DNA from: Lama guanicoe
Taxonomy: Eukaryota
DNA: 64,000 nt
Reading direction: 5' to 3'
Assembly (NCBI GenBank): GCA_013239625.1
Contig: MU055922.1
Coordinates: 8,150,080-8,214,079, forward strand
This document shows, one piece after another, positions 28,137 through 41,150 of this stretch (the first letter of the stretch is position 1; each line of letters begins with the position of its first letter). The notes below the pieces were generated by a model. It saw nothing but the letters and a program-made list of their open reading frames with translations, was not told where the DNA came from and did not search any database. The translations under genes were made by a program, and so were the position numbers.

Positions 28137-28466
28137 TTTTTCTATGGAGATATAGTTGACATACGACATTATATCAGTTTCAGAGGTATAACCTAATAAT
28201 TTGATATTTGTATATATTGTAAAATAATCACTTTAAGTCTAGTTAATATTCATCTCTATTATAAATTTTTCTAGTGATAAGAACTTTTAAGATCCCATAA
28301 GAGAGTAATAAGAGAGTATCTTATTAACTTTCAAATATGCAATACAGTATTATTAACCATAGCCACCATGCCGTACATTACATCCCCATGACTTATTCAC
28401 TTACAACTGGAAGATGGTAACTTTCGACCCCCTTCGCCCATTTCACCCCACTCCAGCCTCTGGCGA
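28137..28466 (-). mobile_element. L1 3' end with TSD
   Basis: gagatatagttgacatac...actttcaaatatgcaatacagtattattaac; flanks taattgtattct / taactgtattct. Confidence 0.85.
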
Positions 28467-29039
28467 TATTAACTGTATTCTAATACTTGAGGGACATAGT
28501 AGTTTAAGGAGGTGACGACAAGAAAGTATTTCTCTCTTGCTGTAACTCTAATGTTAACTCCCAAGGCTTACAGACATCAAGCTTCCAGGCATTCTTTTCC
28601 TGAAACCACACAGTGGTCTACAGTGCTGCATTTTCTTACATTTCATCTGATGTGTTCAGTTTCCTCAGTTACTCAAGCCTCATGGCGCACACACCTGTGA
28701 CAGGTTCCTGAGTAATTGTACGATGCGAGTCACTTCCCAACAATCATGGCTCACTCCTGAATGCAGTGTGCTCATCAAAGTATCTATGAAAGCTTCTGAA
28801 ATACTGATTTCCACTTCCTTTACCATGTTCTAATATGAGCTGTCTGGTCCCAATGCTGGAGCAACTTTAAGAGACTTGTATTTTATAGAAACTGCTTATC
28901 TGTTCATTTCTAATTCCTCCTCTCCAGGCCTATAAATCTAATTGTGTGCACTATTTTTATGGAACTCCTTGGCACTGCTGCTCTAGAGCTTTCCTATCAA
29001 TAAATAATATCTGGAGGTAGAGTAATTTCGTTACTATCT

Positions 29040-29610
29040 GTGTGTTGACAACTCCTAAATTTATAGTTACCAGCCCAAGACTTCTACTGAGCTCAACCTA
29101 CATATCCAACTACGAATTTCATATCATCTTTCGGATGTTTCACATTTGAGACATTTTCAACCTGGACACACGACCCACTCCCTACCCTGCAACTTGGTCT
29201 TCCATGGTTCATTCTTCTATCCAGATGCTCAAGCCAGAAACCCCAGAGTCACCTTTGACCTCTCCCCCATCAATGATCATGAAATCAATCACTGGACTCC
29301 CATAGGGTATGCCTCCAAGTGTCTCTCTAGCTTGTATTCTTCTGAACCTCATTGGCACTGCCCTAGTTCAAGCCATAATCACCTCTCATCACTGCAGTCA
29401 CCTCCAAGCTGGTCTTCCTGAGTCCGTGCTTGCTCTGTTCCCAAAGGCAGTCAACTTCTTTTCAGGATGCAAATCTGACGTCACTCCCCTTCCTAAATTT
29501 TTCAATTGCTTCTTGTTGTGCTTAGGATAGAGAGACAGACACCTGACACAGCTCTGCTAGTCCTATAGGGTCTGGTCTCTACCTACTCCCCTCCCTCACT
29601 TTCTCTGCCT
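29040..29610 (+). mobile_element. L2 LINE fragment
   Basis: gctcaagccagaaacccca...gcaaatctgacgtcactcccct L2 motifs. Confidence 0.7.
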
Positions 29611-30002
29611 GTATTTTACAGAAGTGCAGTTCACCCATCCCAAGGAGTACATAAAAGGATCCAAAGTATGGAAAAGGTAAAAGGCAGTTATTAGAATTTT
29701 CAGTTCTATTTATTTTTTTAACCTCATTTTTAAAAAAAGTCTGTATTTGTATCTATTTGTTTATTCAAGTACATGTACGTAACTTGTTAAAACTGAACAT
29801 ACGTATCCTGGAGTGATCCTTTAAATTACTTTTACTGACAGAGATGCACCATCAAAAGAGCTCAGGGACGGCCACTCCCCACTCCAGCCACATCCAGTGA
29901 CGTGTCACAGGAGCTGAAGAAATCCACAAAGGGACTGGACTTCCCTCAGTTCCTGCGACACGTTACTAAACACTGCCCTGCTCTCAGGGTTTCAAGGCTG
30001 CT

Positions 30003-30167
30003 GCTGCTCCTGCTGGGATGGACCCAGCACATTCACCTCAAGATTCCAACTAGAAAGGCTGGAGGTGTGGTCGGGCACCTCTATAGCTGCTCCTGCTGGG
30101 ATGGACCCAGCACGTTCACCTCAAGATTCCAACTAGAAAGGCTGGAGGTGTGGTCGGGCACCTCTAT
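30003..30167. repeat. 83-bp direct tandem duplication (2 copies)
   Basis: Copies start at 30003 and 30086, with one internal mismatch (cacAttc vs cacGttc). Confidence 0.95.
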
Positions 30168-30544
30168 TTTTATAAAGTTCCTCAGGCAATGCAGATGCAT
30201 TGTCCATCTGCAAACCCACTGAATGAAAACATCAAGTGCTGGAAAGGGGAGAGTGACACACAGGCCAGAGGAGCCCTGCTGCCCTGGCCTGAGAACATCA
30301 CTGCCAGTTTCCAAGGGAAGAGCCACCTTGAGTTTCAAACAATCAATTCATAAACAAGCTTTAGGAGAGAATGAATCTGTTAAGATCAGGAAGAATCTCA
30401 GGAACAACTGATTACTTTTAATGTTCCAAAATATTTCAAGAATCTGTTATATAAACAGCTTGGATATAAGGACAAAATTAAGTTTTAAATAAGGGGAAAT
30501 CTATACTCTTCAAGAACAATTATTTAAGCAACAGCATTTCTCGT

Positions 30545-30925
30545 CAGTATTATATGTAGTAGGATGGTTTAGGGGTTAAAGAAAGAGGTTTACATTTGAA
30601 ACCCTGCTCTGTCCAGTACTAGCTATGTAATTACAGAAGCAAATTATTTAAACTTCTTAATCAGAGCTTCAATTATTTAATTTTTAAAGTGAGGGCATAA
30701 CACAATAACTATCATGATCACCACTTTTTAGTGAGCACATAGTGCATGCCATGGCACGGGGGTAAGCACGTCACATGTTTTATATCACTTACGCCTTACA
30801 AAGTTGAGCTGGGTTTACTATGCCCATTCTATAAAAGGAGTGCACTGGGAAAGACCAAGTAACATGCACAGGGACTGTAATAATGGCTGAGCCAGCAGGC
30901 CTTTTGGATACCAAAGGTAAAGCCT
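30545..30925. mobile_element. Two degenerate MIR SINEs in opposite orientation
   Basis: ttgaaaccctgctctg..actagctatgt, then ccaagtaacatgcacaggg. Confidence 0.5.
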
Positions 30926-31772
30926 TAATTATGGTATGTTACCTGCCTGCCATCTCACTGCCTGTCATCTCTCCAGCACACAGAGCTCTGGAACCCAGGA
31001 CCCTTGCTAAGCCTTGTCAGTTGCCTGTTGCAACTAACTGAGCTGATCAGTTAGCTGATCAGCTGCAAGATGATGGAGATACTTTAACACCTGCCTGGGA
31101 GATAGTGAACCTAGGATATCTGCCATCTCACCCAGTACAAAGCAGGAGCTCGGCAAAAGAGGAACACCTTCACCCTGGACTTTCTTGGCAAGCTAGAAAA
31201 AGGGGGTGTCAAACAGATCCTGCGGTGACTGAACCAGGAGTTTAACTCTGAAAGATGCCTGCTTTAAAATTCCATGAAGTCTCAAGAGAGGGCACTGAAA
31301 TGATGTATCTTCCTCCTCTCCCCGCCGTCTGAAAAAAAGCACTGAGGCATAAACTACCCAGGAGATTTACAGCTTAAAGCAAATTACCATAAGGTACCGG
31401 AATCAGTCAGTGCCTGGATGGAACATTTTTTGAGGCCTACAGCTTCATCGTAAATGCCCTTTTCTGTGTACTGTTTCTTATATTTCTTCCTTTCTTTCTG
31501 TTCCCGTTGCTTCACATGCTGATTTGTATAAAAAATGCCGGGTTCTTTTTTTCATACACATGCAACCACTGCAACTGGGTCACAGCCAGTCCTTCTATTG
31601 GTTTTTAAAGCTTTTTCTCAGGTTCTTTGTACTTGAAGGAGAAAAAAAAAAGATATTTTGCCTGATTTTCTTTTAAGGAATATGAATTCTTATCTCATTG
31701 GTTAACTTCCATTTTAGGCTGAATTATGGAAATTCTATTATTTTTCTCTTTGTAAATATTAAGCAATAATAC

Positions 31773-32221
31773 TGCTGACTAAAAAATGCATAACCTAAAA
31801 GTTATGTTTTGAGAGTTATGTTTTATTCAGTGGATTTTCTGAGGACTTGAGCCCGGGAGGCAGCCTCTCAGATGGCTCTAAGAGACTGTTTCAAAGAGGC
31901 CGGGGAGGAGCCAGGATATACATGAGTTTTTGTAACAAAGACTAGGTAGTCAACACATCAAAAGATGACTGTTAATTAAAGAAAACCAGATATCCCAAGT
32001 TAAGGAATTTGGTGCTTTGCTATGTATGGGAAGGTGCAAAAGTCTGGGCTCACTAAAATCATTCCTTTGATAAACACCTAGCCATCTAGGGCCAGCACCC
32101 TGTTCTTTCCCATCCTGAGTTTCCTCAAGGTGCACTGTCGAAGGTGACAGTAGTGGCTAATGACTTGATGGCCACAGCAACCTTTGTTTACTGATATGGC
32201 AGTCAATATTTGTCATTCACA
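31773..32221 (-). mobile_element. ERV1 solo LTR, MER41-like (cetartiodactyl type)
   Basis: TG...CA ends with 4-bp flanks atac/atat; minus-strand AATAAA near 31822; gcagcctctcagat..ctctaagagactg motif. Confidence 0.85.
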
Positions 32222-33074
32222 ATATCTTAAGTTGGGCTACCATATTGGATGTTTTTATTTCTTTTGGTGGGAGGTGCTCAAAATCCACTGTAATAGCTCA
32301 TGTAAAATTCCGCTTCTGAATGAGTTTTTGGTTAGAAACGCATCACTTAAAATGTTCACTAGAGTGTTCAGAAAATAACAGAATGACTATCCAGTGCTAA
32401 AAATTAAGGCTGGAGGACTGCATGTAATACACTAAATCTGGTTACACGTTGAATGGGATTGGTCTGATTCCGGGAAGAAGATTAACCAGATATAGTCCCC
32501 AAGCTGGGCCACAGAAAGCTGATACAGCCACGCAGTCAGAGTGAGCTAATTAAGCTTATTTAAAACTAGACAATGAGACAGAAGGAAAGCATGATGGGGG
32601 AGCTAAGTAGGACGCTGTTCTTTATTACCATCAAATGCCACGTTCATCAGAACAGCGCTGGCCTTTGCACTGAGGAACACAGACTGAAGCAGGACTTTTT
32701 GACGGTTGTCACTGGCAGGTCAAAAGTAAATACATATCTCTTGCTAAAATCACAGTAGGCAGAAGGCTGTAGATATTTATGCTGTAAGAAATCGAATTCA
32801 AGACTAATGTGTCAACCAGGAGCTGTGTTAAACAGTCTGAGTAACTCCGTCTTCGGAGAGATTCACCTTTACGATACCAGACCACGAAAAGGAAAGCGGT
32901 GAGAAAGAGAGGGAAATGGGGCCCCTTTGCTGTATTCATCCACCTCTGAAGGGAGTAGGTCAAACTGGTCAGATGTCACCAGCAGCAGTAATCCACCGCA
33001 CGATGACTGCACTGCCATTTTTATACATCAACTGTTTACCACGGAAGAAAATCTCATCCCTACTTTGCATTTTT

Positions 33075-33425
33075 AAAAATCACCCATTTGTTCCCTCATT
33101 TGACAAACATGTATCAATTATCTACAGTTAGCAGGCATAGCCCTCCATGCACAGACGGTGTCCCCTTAAGGAGCTTGGTCTGGCGGGGAGAAAGTCTTTA
33201 AAGAAACAATCACACAGTTGAAATAAATCTTGAACTGACAAAGGTGAGCGCTCTTAGGGAGACGTAATGGTGGAGGGTCAGGGTGCACGCGGCTCTGATT
33301 TTGATCGCTTCTCTGAGGAATGACAAGCGGAGGCCAGAAGAGTAAGTCCGCCAGTGAAGAGCAGGGAGGGAGGGCATTCCCAGCAGAGGGGACGACAGGC
33401 ACAGGGCGGGAAGAGCAAGACCAGC
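33075..33425 (-). mobile_element. L2 3' end
   Basis: catttgacaaacatg...gggcattcccagcagaggg. Confidence 0.65.
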
Positions 33426-34024
33426 TACATCATTTGCCAGGACTGATACGGAACGAAAATCAAGACCCCGTGTTCAGAAAGTAAGAATCTCAAGGTGACA
33501 AGGAGGGCATTTAACCAAATGCAGCGGCCCTGGTCACACATCCACGGAGCGGGCTCTGGGAGGGGGGGGGGTGCCGCTGGGGGACTGCAGGCAGCTGGAG
33601 CCCAGCGAGGAGAGAAGTGGCTAGCTGAGGCTGGAGTGGCCTGAGAGGTCCAGGCGCCAGGGGCCAACCCCACAGGCCAGCCTCCTATTGTTTCCTTCAC
33701 AGTTCCACAAACACTTACCAAAGAGCCATTGTGCAAGCTGGGCTGTTACATGCGCACTCTTCTGGGGGCTAAGAGGGAGACAGAGAAGCTAGTCTTTGCT
33801 TTTAAGCAGCTTAGGAATAACTGCACAATTTAGGGTAGAACGTGGTGAGTCCCACGAGAGGATAAGCACCAGTTTGTGGGAGATTCAAGGCATGAAGGTT
33901 ACTCATTTGAGGCACAATGTGTAAATACACAGACAGGAACACTTCAAACTGACTGAAAGTGCCATTCTTCTGCCCTGACAGCAATGACTTGACCACATCA
34001 CTGTAGAAATAGCACACATACCAG

Positions 34025-34255
34025 CACTTCCCTATTCGCCAGGCACTGAATGCTGTATGCTTTCCAAGTAGTCATTTATTTCAGCCTCACATCTGTGAGG
34101 CAGGTACTATTATCATCGTCACTTTACAAAGGAGGAAATAGAGACCCCAGAAAGATTAAATAACTTGCCCAAGGTCATAGAGCTAGCAAGGTGGGGATTC
34201 ATTCCAGTCCAGGCAGTCCAGAACCAAAGTCCTTGCTCTCAACTACTATATGATA
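34025..34255 (-). mobile_element. MIR SINE
   Basis: tttacaaaggaggaaatagagacccca...taaataacttgcccaaggtcatagagctag. Confidence 0.85.
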
Positions 34256-35479
34256 CGACCACTTACTAACATTGTTTAATTTTGCTTTGTTTTAAAAACT
34301 ATATGCTATACTTATGTACCCCCCCCTTTTTCTCTCTGGTCTTCTGTTGTCACTCAAACTTTTTATGTACTCAGTTAGCTACACATCCTGCTTCAAACTG
34401 GCTAAGACATGTACAACGAGAAAAATAATTTTCCTAAAGACATTTCCGTCTTTATTCTCCAGAGCCAGAGCTGACAGAAACAGCAATGTGAAATACACTT
34501 AGGTATGAATTTCTAAAGAGGATGACATAGACAATGCTACTTTCCTCTGCTACTGATGACAGTCCTGGTGGGTCTCTGTAGTGAGGGCCAGCTAGAGCTG
34601 ATAAAGTTATGGATGGTGACTACTGACCCCTTGAGAATTCTGAGCGCTGAATGAATGGAATTCTGGGACCCCACACGTTGGTTCTCAGTGTCCTCATGAT
34701 CCAGTGCTGGGTCTGTTCATTACAGAATCAGGAAGTGCATGTAAGTGCTCATTCATTCAGCAAACATCTGCTGTGAGCATGGCCAGGTGGGATACAAAGA
34801 GAGCTATGACACAATCTCTTCATCAAGAAACTAGAGAATTTGATTGATGCCAACACAGAATATGAGCCTCATGCTATCAACGTTTAGAGGAGAATGCTTT
34901 CACAAATCCACGAGGAAATTTAGGACAGGCTTTAAAATGGAGCTGGCATGTAAGCAAGCATCATCTGGAGGGAGTTTTGCTATTGACCATTTGTACGTGT
35001 CATGATTTCTCTTTTCTTCTTCTTCCTTTTTTTTTTGGGGGGGGGGATAGATATCAGTAACCTCCAAGGACTGGAGACAAGCATGGCCGTCGGTCTCCTC
35101 TCCACTACCTGTCTACCAGGTAGGGAGCATCGTTTGTTAGGCCGTCGTCAACGAGCCCGGAGTGCTTGGCTGCAGGTGCCGTCCTGCAGGTGCCTGACTG
35201 CTGGCTTGCCAGAGTCTTACATGCAATCCACGCGAGGCTAGGGGGGCCCATACAGCATTTCTAGCCCATCCAACTTAAAATTACTTGACATCCTTTATGC
35301 TAATTAGAAAACCTTCTGGTGTAGATTTAAATATAAGTAGGTTAAATTTATAGCAGTTCTCTCCTAATTAGGGCCTTTCCAATGCCAACCAACTACCCCT
35401 AGACTGTATTCCCATATCAGGGTGCTATAAACATTAATCAAGTCCAAGGTGTAGACTAAAACTAACACATATTATATCA

Positions 35480-36245
35480 CACTGTGTAGGTTTTAGTATT
35501 TTAAGGTAAATTACAGACAGCATAACAGTAGGATAGGACTGTAAGAGCTACAGAGAGGGGCAACATAAGGAGGGAACAGCTCATTCTGGCTTACTTCTTT
35601 CCTCATTCCATAAAGGAAGCAGAAGAAAAGTGCTGTAAGCAAAGGTATGGAGCTAAACACGTGGGCCTCCTAACTGTGCAGAACAGCTGTTTGGGGGAGG
35701 CGCTAGGTGCCGGGTGTACAACACCTGCAGAGCAGGCTGGAAAGGATACACACTGGAGCCAGATCATTAGAGGATCTAGGGCATCACCAAATTGGTAAGA
35801 GCGTGAGCATGTTTTGGTAGTTGCTAGTTCAGTGACCGTAATTTCTGAAATAAAAACCAGGCACGTGGTCGTAACAGATGTTTGCATCCATTCTGAACAT
35901 GAGAAGCAATCTGGAATATGCAAGAACATAAAGTACTAATTTTTTATTGTTTTGGTAAGTTACAGGACTTAGGAGGTTGAATATCTGACATCAGGACTTT
36001 TAAAAAAAAAAGTCTTGTCCCGGTAATGACAAGAAGTCACTGAGGTTTTAAACAGGGCAACAGAATGATGATAACTGTGCTGGTAGGGCTGTTCATCTGG
36101 AAGTGGTGTCTATGCTATACTAGAAGGGGGTAGGGGGAGAAGAGGAGGAAGGTGGCAGCTAAAAGACTATTTAGAAAGTTACGAAAACAGTTCAGGAGAA
36201 AAGGCCTTTGTTAAGAAGGCGACAGTAGAAATGGAAAGGAAAGAC
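35480..36245 (-). mobile_element. L2 fragments
   Basis: agtcactgaggttttaaacagggcaacagaatgat-type motifs. Confidence 0.5.
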
Positions 36246-39200
36246 CATTAGAACCAATTAAAGAGAGGTCTTTAAAGCAAGTCTTCCCCGGTCATTTTGG
36301 TTAGGCCAAGTGATCTCTCTCCCTGCCTTAAACTTCTTTAGAATTAGTCTGTATCACTCATTTAATAATACATACGAGTGAAATGAGTTTTCCTTGGGGT
36401 ATGAACTTTCTTAATCCAATCAGGATGCCTTAAGACAAAAACAAAACAAAACAAAAAACATGCCTGCGTTATTTAAACTTGGTATCTCCTGCTTTAATCT
36501 AACACAAAGCTGAATACTCAGTAGATGTCTAAGTAGATTTGTTCAGTTATGTATATTCTTCATGTCTCATGATCCAAATGGATTTTGTTAAGCAGTTAAA
36601 ATATTGGAATAGAAAAGACTATGCCCCTATATTTTTCTTGAGTCTGGGTATTAAAGGAGATATGTGATGACACAGAGTTGATAAGTGGAAAGACACAGAA
36701 ATCCACTCAATGCAGGATATTTTTGTTACCTAAGTGAGAAGACTGTGATAACCAATTAAAAATGGCAGTCTTCCTTGATATGTTTGACAGAACCAATAAT
36801 TACCTCTGCTCTGTGGGGCAACTTCTAAAGGAGCACATATGAGACTATTTGAGGAGACTTTTTATGCTATGCAGCTGGATGCCGTCTCCTAAGTTCAAAT
36901 TCATTTCTTTACTCTTGGGAGGAAAGACATAAGAAGGAAGTAGAAACACCATGCACACTAAAAAGAACAGATACATGTACACATCTGACACTCAATAAGA
37001 GTATGTCTAAGATAATTCTCATCTTCGTAAAAAAGTAACATCCAAGTAACTCTTTAAAAGTTAATTGAATGACTTTAATGTGCAGAGCAAAACAAATAAG
37101 AATATATCTGAAATTAGGCACAGCTGCGCACAGATAAAGGCCAAGCCATAAGACTAGCTGGTTTTTGTATCCGTGTAAGTTCCATCTACTGCTGTTTACA
37201 CATGAATGACTGCTCTCCAAAGCCTGGGGTCAGGTGGCCTTTATGTTCCCATTTCCATGGGAACTCTGAGGAGGCAAGAAAAATAAGGTATGGGGAAGTG
37301 TGTATGTCAAACCTCTCTTCCCTTCCACCCATGCAGCCCTCCTCATTTCCATGGGAACAGGAACTGAGAGACCTCCAGCAGCTGTAGGGAAAGCTCACTC
37401 ACAGATTGCAGCTGTTTGAATGTCAGCCGAGAGCTGCAAATGACAGTTTACAGCAGCTCTTAAAATTTTTAAATGATGTTTTCCCTAATATATTCCCCAC
37501 TGTAATAATTTACGAGGGGGAAACTGACTATAGACGTCGCGTGAGGAAGAATGCTCACAGGCACCTTGTGAAGCTTAGTCTTTCATAACTCCAGGATCAT
37601 ATACCATCTTGAATGACTGCGATAGGAAATGCAGTGACATGAAGAGTGTGCGCATCAAGTCACTCTGACGTCACAAACTTCCTCCAAACACCGGACGTGG
37701 AAAAGTATGGAGGAACTAATTAAACTGGGTGAGGAGAAAGAAGAGGAGAGAGATGGGGAGGAGGGATCTAATTTAACTGTTAAAACGGTTTAATTACATT
37801 TTATTACATGACACTATGTGAAGACTGTCAGCTATACCTAGAATTGGAACACTGAGTCCAGTGAAGCTGGTGAGAGATCTGGACTTAAGCATTTGTGAAG
37901 AATTTGATAAACACACAGTCCGGTATCCAAATCTCTTTGGCTGGAGTTCAAATGGAGAGGTATACCTAAATTTTTTTTAGCTACTGTAATTGAAAAGGAC
38001 AGGCCAGAACTTGCTAAAGATTACTCATAGCATCCAAGGCCTTTAGAATACATATGTAAAGCGAATTCTAGATGGAAATCTGTGTTATAAGCTTTTTAGC
38101 TCAAGGGGTAATATCCTTTTCAATAATCTGACATGAATGCGATCCTTTTAAACATATGTGAAGGTTAAGAGAAAAAAAAATTCTTTTTGTTTTACATGCT
38201 GGGAATTCAATTTTTTCTCTGAGATTTTTAATCATTCTTTTTGGAGACGTTGTTATTCCAAATTGTTCCCCGTATCTTGGCTTCTACTCACACGTGCCTC
38301 AGGCAAATACAAAACCTGAATGTTACCTAATACAATTTAACAGGATTATGTCAAGAGCATTAGCCATCAAGACAGGTAGGAATATTAGAATAGACCTTTT
38401 GGGGCCTAAATGGGCTTCTTACTTAGTCTTAGCACAATCTCCAAGGTCGGATATTTCTAAAACAAGAATATACGAATAAACCATAGAGGAGCTCCAAGTT
38501 AGGATATCTGCCTTTCACTGTTGATTCAAGTAAAGTCTAATGCCGTTTACATCAAAAAGTACATAGTGAGAACCTACTCATTATCCAGTTCCAGGTGCTG
38601 GTAATACCAACATTTATGGATAAGACAAGAGTTTCTAAGTGCCAGGTATCCATTTTTTTAATGAAATATTACTATTTTAAAATTAATCTCATAAAAAACA
38701 TGGAGTTCTCTTTCCCCTGCCCTCACTACTACAGACCCTGATGTACATGAGGGCTGTCCTGAGACTGTGTCAATGTCATTTATAATGTAACACATAACTT
38801 AAGCTATAAAATGCACACTCATAGTTGAAAAAAATGAAGGCGATCCAAGGTGAATCTATAAATCAGGAACCAAAGTTACTGATAAATTCTGGCACTTTGC
38901 ATTTCTCCGTAAACTTTTTTCGTTCTCTTTTCATAAGCAAATTTTCATCGGCTAACAGAATAGTTAAGACAGTTTCATGAAGCACTTTGCTGCCTATATA
39001 AAGTATACAGTGATACAGGCTCACAGCACAGACAGAAAATACTACGGAATTTGACAAGTTAAAGCATACTTTAACTTAATCCAAATCACTCTTTTTCTTG
39101 CTAAAAACCATAATTTCCTGGGCTTTCATGTTATTCTCAATTCTACCATCAACAGTAGTGGCTGGCTTTCTTTTGAAGACATGTTCTACCCAGATACAAC

Positions 39201-39443
39201 GTTAAAATCTACATGCTGAAAAGAAAGTTGGGCTCATCAAGACTTGCTCCTTACCCAGTCTCATGGGGCACATATTAACAATCAGGACTTTTGCAAAATT
39301 ACAAAATATGACAGTGTCATGGCTCTTAGGGGAATCTCACAAAAATGTTAAAATCCCAAATGATAAATTCATGAATTAAAAAATATAAATTTTGTTATAC
39401 TAAGTTTCTTTTCAAATGTCCTTTTTCAAAGCTAGTGATTCTT

Positions 39444-39630
39444 AAACAACAAGTTTATACTGTATAGCACAGGGAACTATATTCAATATCTTATAGTAAC
39501 TTATGGTGAAAAAGAATATGAAAACAAATATATGTATGTTCATGTATGACTGAAGCATTATGCTGTACATTAGAAATTGACACATTGTAAACTGACTATA
39601 CTGCAATAAAAAATATATATATACAAAAAA
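39444..39630 (+). mobile_element. Young truncated L1 3' end with TSD
   Basis: aaacaacaagtttatactgtatagcacagggaactatattc...caataaaaaa; flanks aaagctagtgattctt / aaaggtaatgattctt. Confidence 0.92.
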
Positions 39631-40728
39631 AGGTAATGATTCTTGTGATACATTTTCAGGAGATGATTTATAATATGCAAATATGTAAGGATCAGACAAA
39701 ATTAAGCCAAAGTCCATATTAAGTGATTTACTTCATCTCCTTGACTTTGTAAATTTAAGTGAGTATGTATTTATGTATCTGTTGTTTCTAGTCCAGAAAA
39801 AGTCAAAGGTATTATACCAAGATATTCTCAAGATTATTATCTACATGAACTCAGAACAGAGACACCAGAAACATTCACAAAAATTTTGTGAAACACAGTA
39901 ATAGAGGCCTTCTTTGACAACAAAGAAAATGAAAAATCAGAAATATCGATCACCCTCTAAGAAGAGAATCAGTTTTAATTTAAAGGAAACTCAGATGTGA
40001 ATTGAAAGTATTTTTAATTCAGGTACTGTGTCATAATTATCCCTTTTTGCTGACAGAAAAGCTAAAGGATACAGAAGACATCTGACCCAGGAATCCAAAC
40101 AAAGAAGAGAGTCCCTGGCTAATCCAGCTGAGGTGAAGGTCACAATACTGAACTGACTATGCTTTGTTCTCTAGTGTAAATAAATACAGACTTTTTGGCT
40201 TATATTCTCATGGCATTCAAGAAAAAAAAGATGTTTTCCTAGTCACTCTACCAATTTACATTCCCACAACAGTGCACAAGGACTGTGTAGCATATTTCTG
40301 ATGACTACAGAAAACACAGCTAGTATAGGAGAATAGTAGTTTATTAATTGTACATTCTTATATCATTTGTAAGTGACCTTCAAATGGAAAAAACTGTACA
40401 ACCTCCATTGCTTCAATGTTGCTGATCCCTGCTTTAACCGTCTCTGTTAGGTTGTAATAAAAAGGTTTCTAAACCAAAGAGATAAAGCAGAGTTTAATTC
40501 TCCTCCAATTTTATAATTTTCCCTAGAGGACTGGGCTTTCCACAGATGGTGAGTTGAACTGGATAGATATTCCAGTCTGACCCAGATGCAAGGCCATAAA
40601 TGCTGGGATGGCTCCAAAACCCTAAAAATGGTCCCCAGGCACACTTGACAACCAGAGAATCTTCATTATGCAAGAGATAACCCTGATGCAGACTGGAATA
40701 CTAAGTAGAAAAGCCATCTTCCCCAGGA

Positions 40729-40907
40729 CAGTGGGTCTCGACTCTCGTGTGCATCAGAATCTTGTGGAGAACTTGTTAATGGTAAGCCTTATTCCCAGAG
40801 CCCCTGATTCATCAGGTCTAAAGTGGAGCCCCAAATTCTGCATTTCTAGGATGTTCCCAAGTGATGCCGACACTCTTGGTCTAGAGAGCACTTTTGGAGA
40901 ACTTCTG
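40729..40907. mobile_element. MER5A-like hAT-Charlie
   Basis: cagtgggtctc...gcatcagaatc...ttctgcatttcta...gagaacttctg. Confidence 0.85.
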
Positions 40908-40969
40908 CCTTTCGTCTCATGGGGGCAGATTCTTCAGTATTAGTCAGTCATCCACTTTCCTTTTGTAAA

Positions 40970-41150
40970 GTGTGTTCCCTAAATCTAACCGTGAGAAACC
41001 ATCAGAACCATCAGACAAACTCAAATTGAGAGGCAGTCTACTAAATAACGAGCTTGTAATCTTCAAAAGTCTCAAGGTTATGAAAGTCAAAGACTGAGCA
41101 GCTCTTCCAGACTGAAGGTGACTAAAGACAGAGGCTGAGCACAGTGCCTG
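40970..41150 (+). mobile_element. Old L1MC-type 3' fragment
   Basis: catcagacaaactcaaattgag...ttccagactgaaggtgactaaagaca. Confidence 0.65.

Noticed and set aside
29476-29483. Perfect CRE TGACGTCA
   Set aside because: It falls within an L2 motif and has no supporting cluster; probably chance.
33549-33585. G-rich tract with quadruplex potential (also near 13190 and 23770)
   Set aside because: Common in mammalian introns, with no functional context visible.
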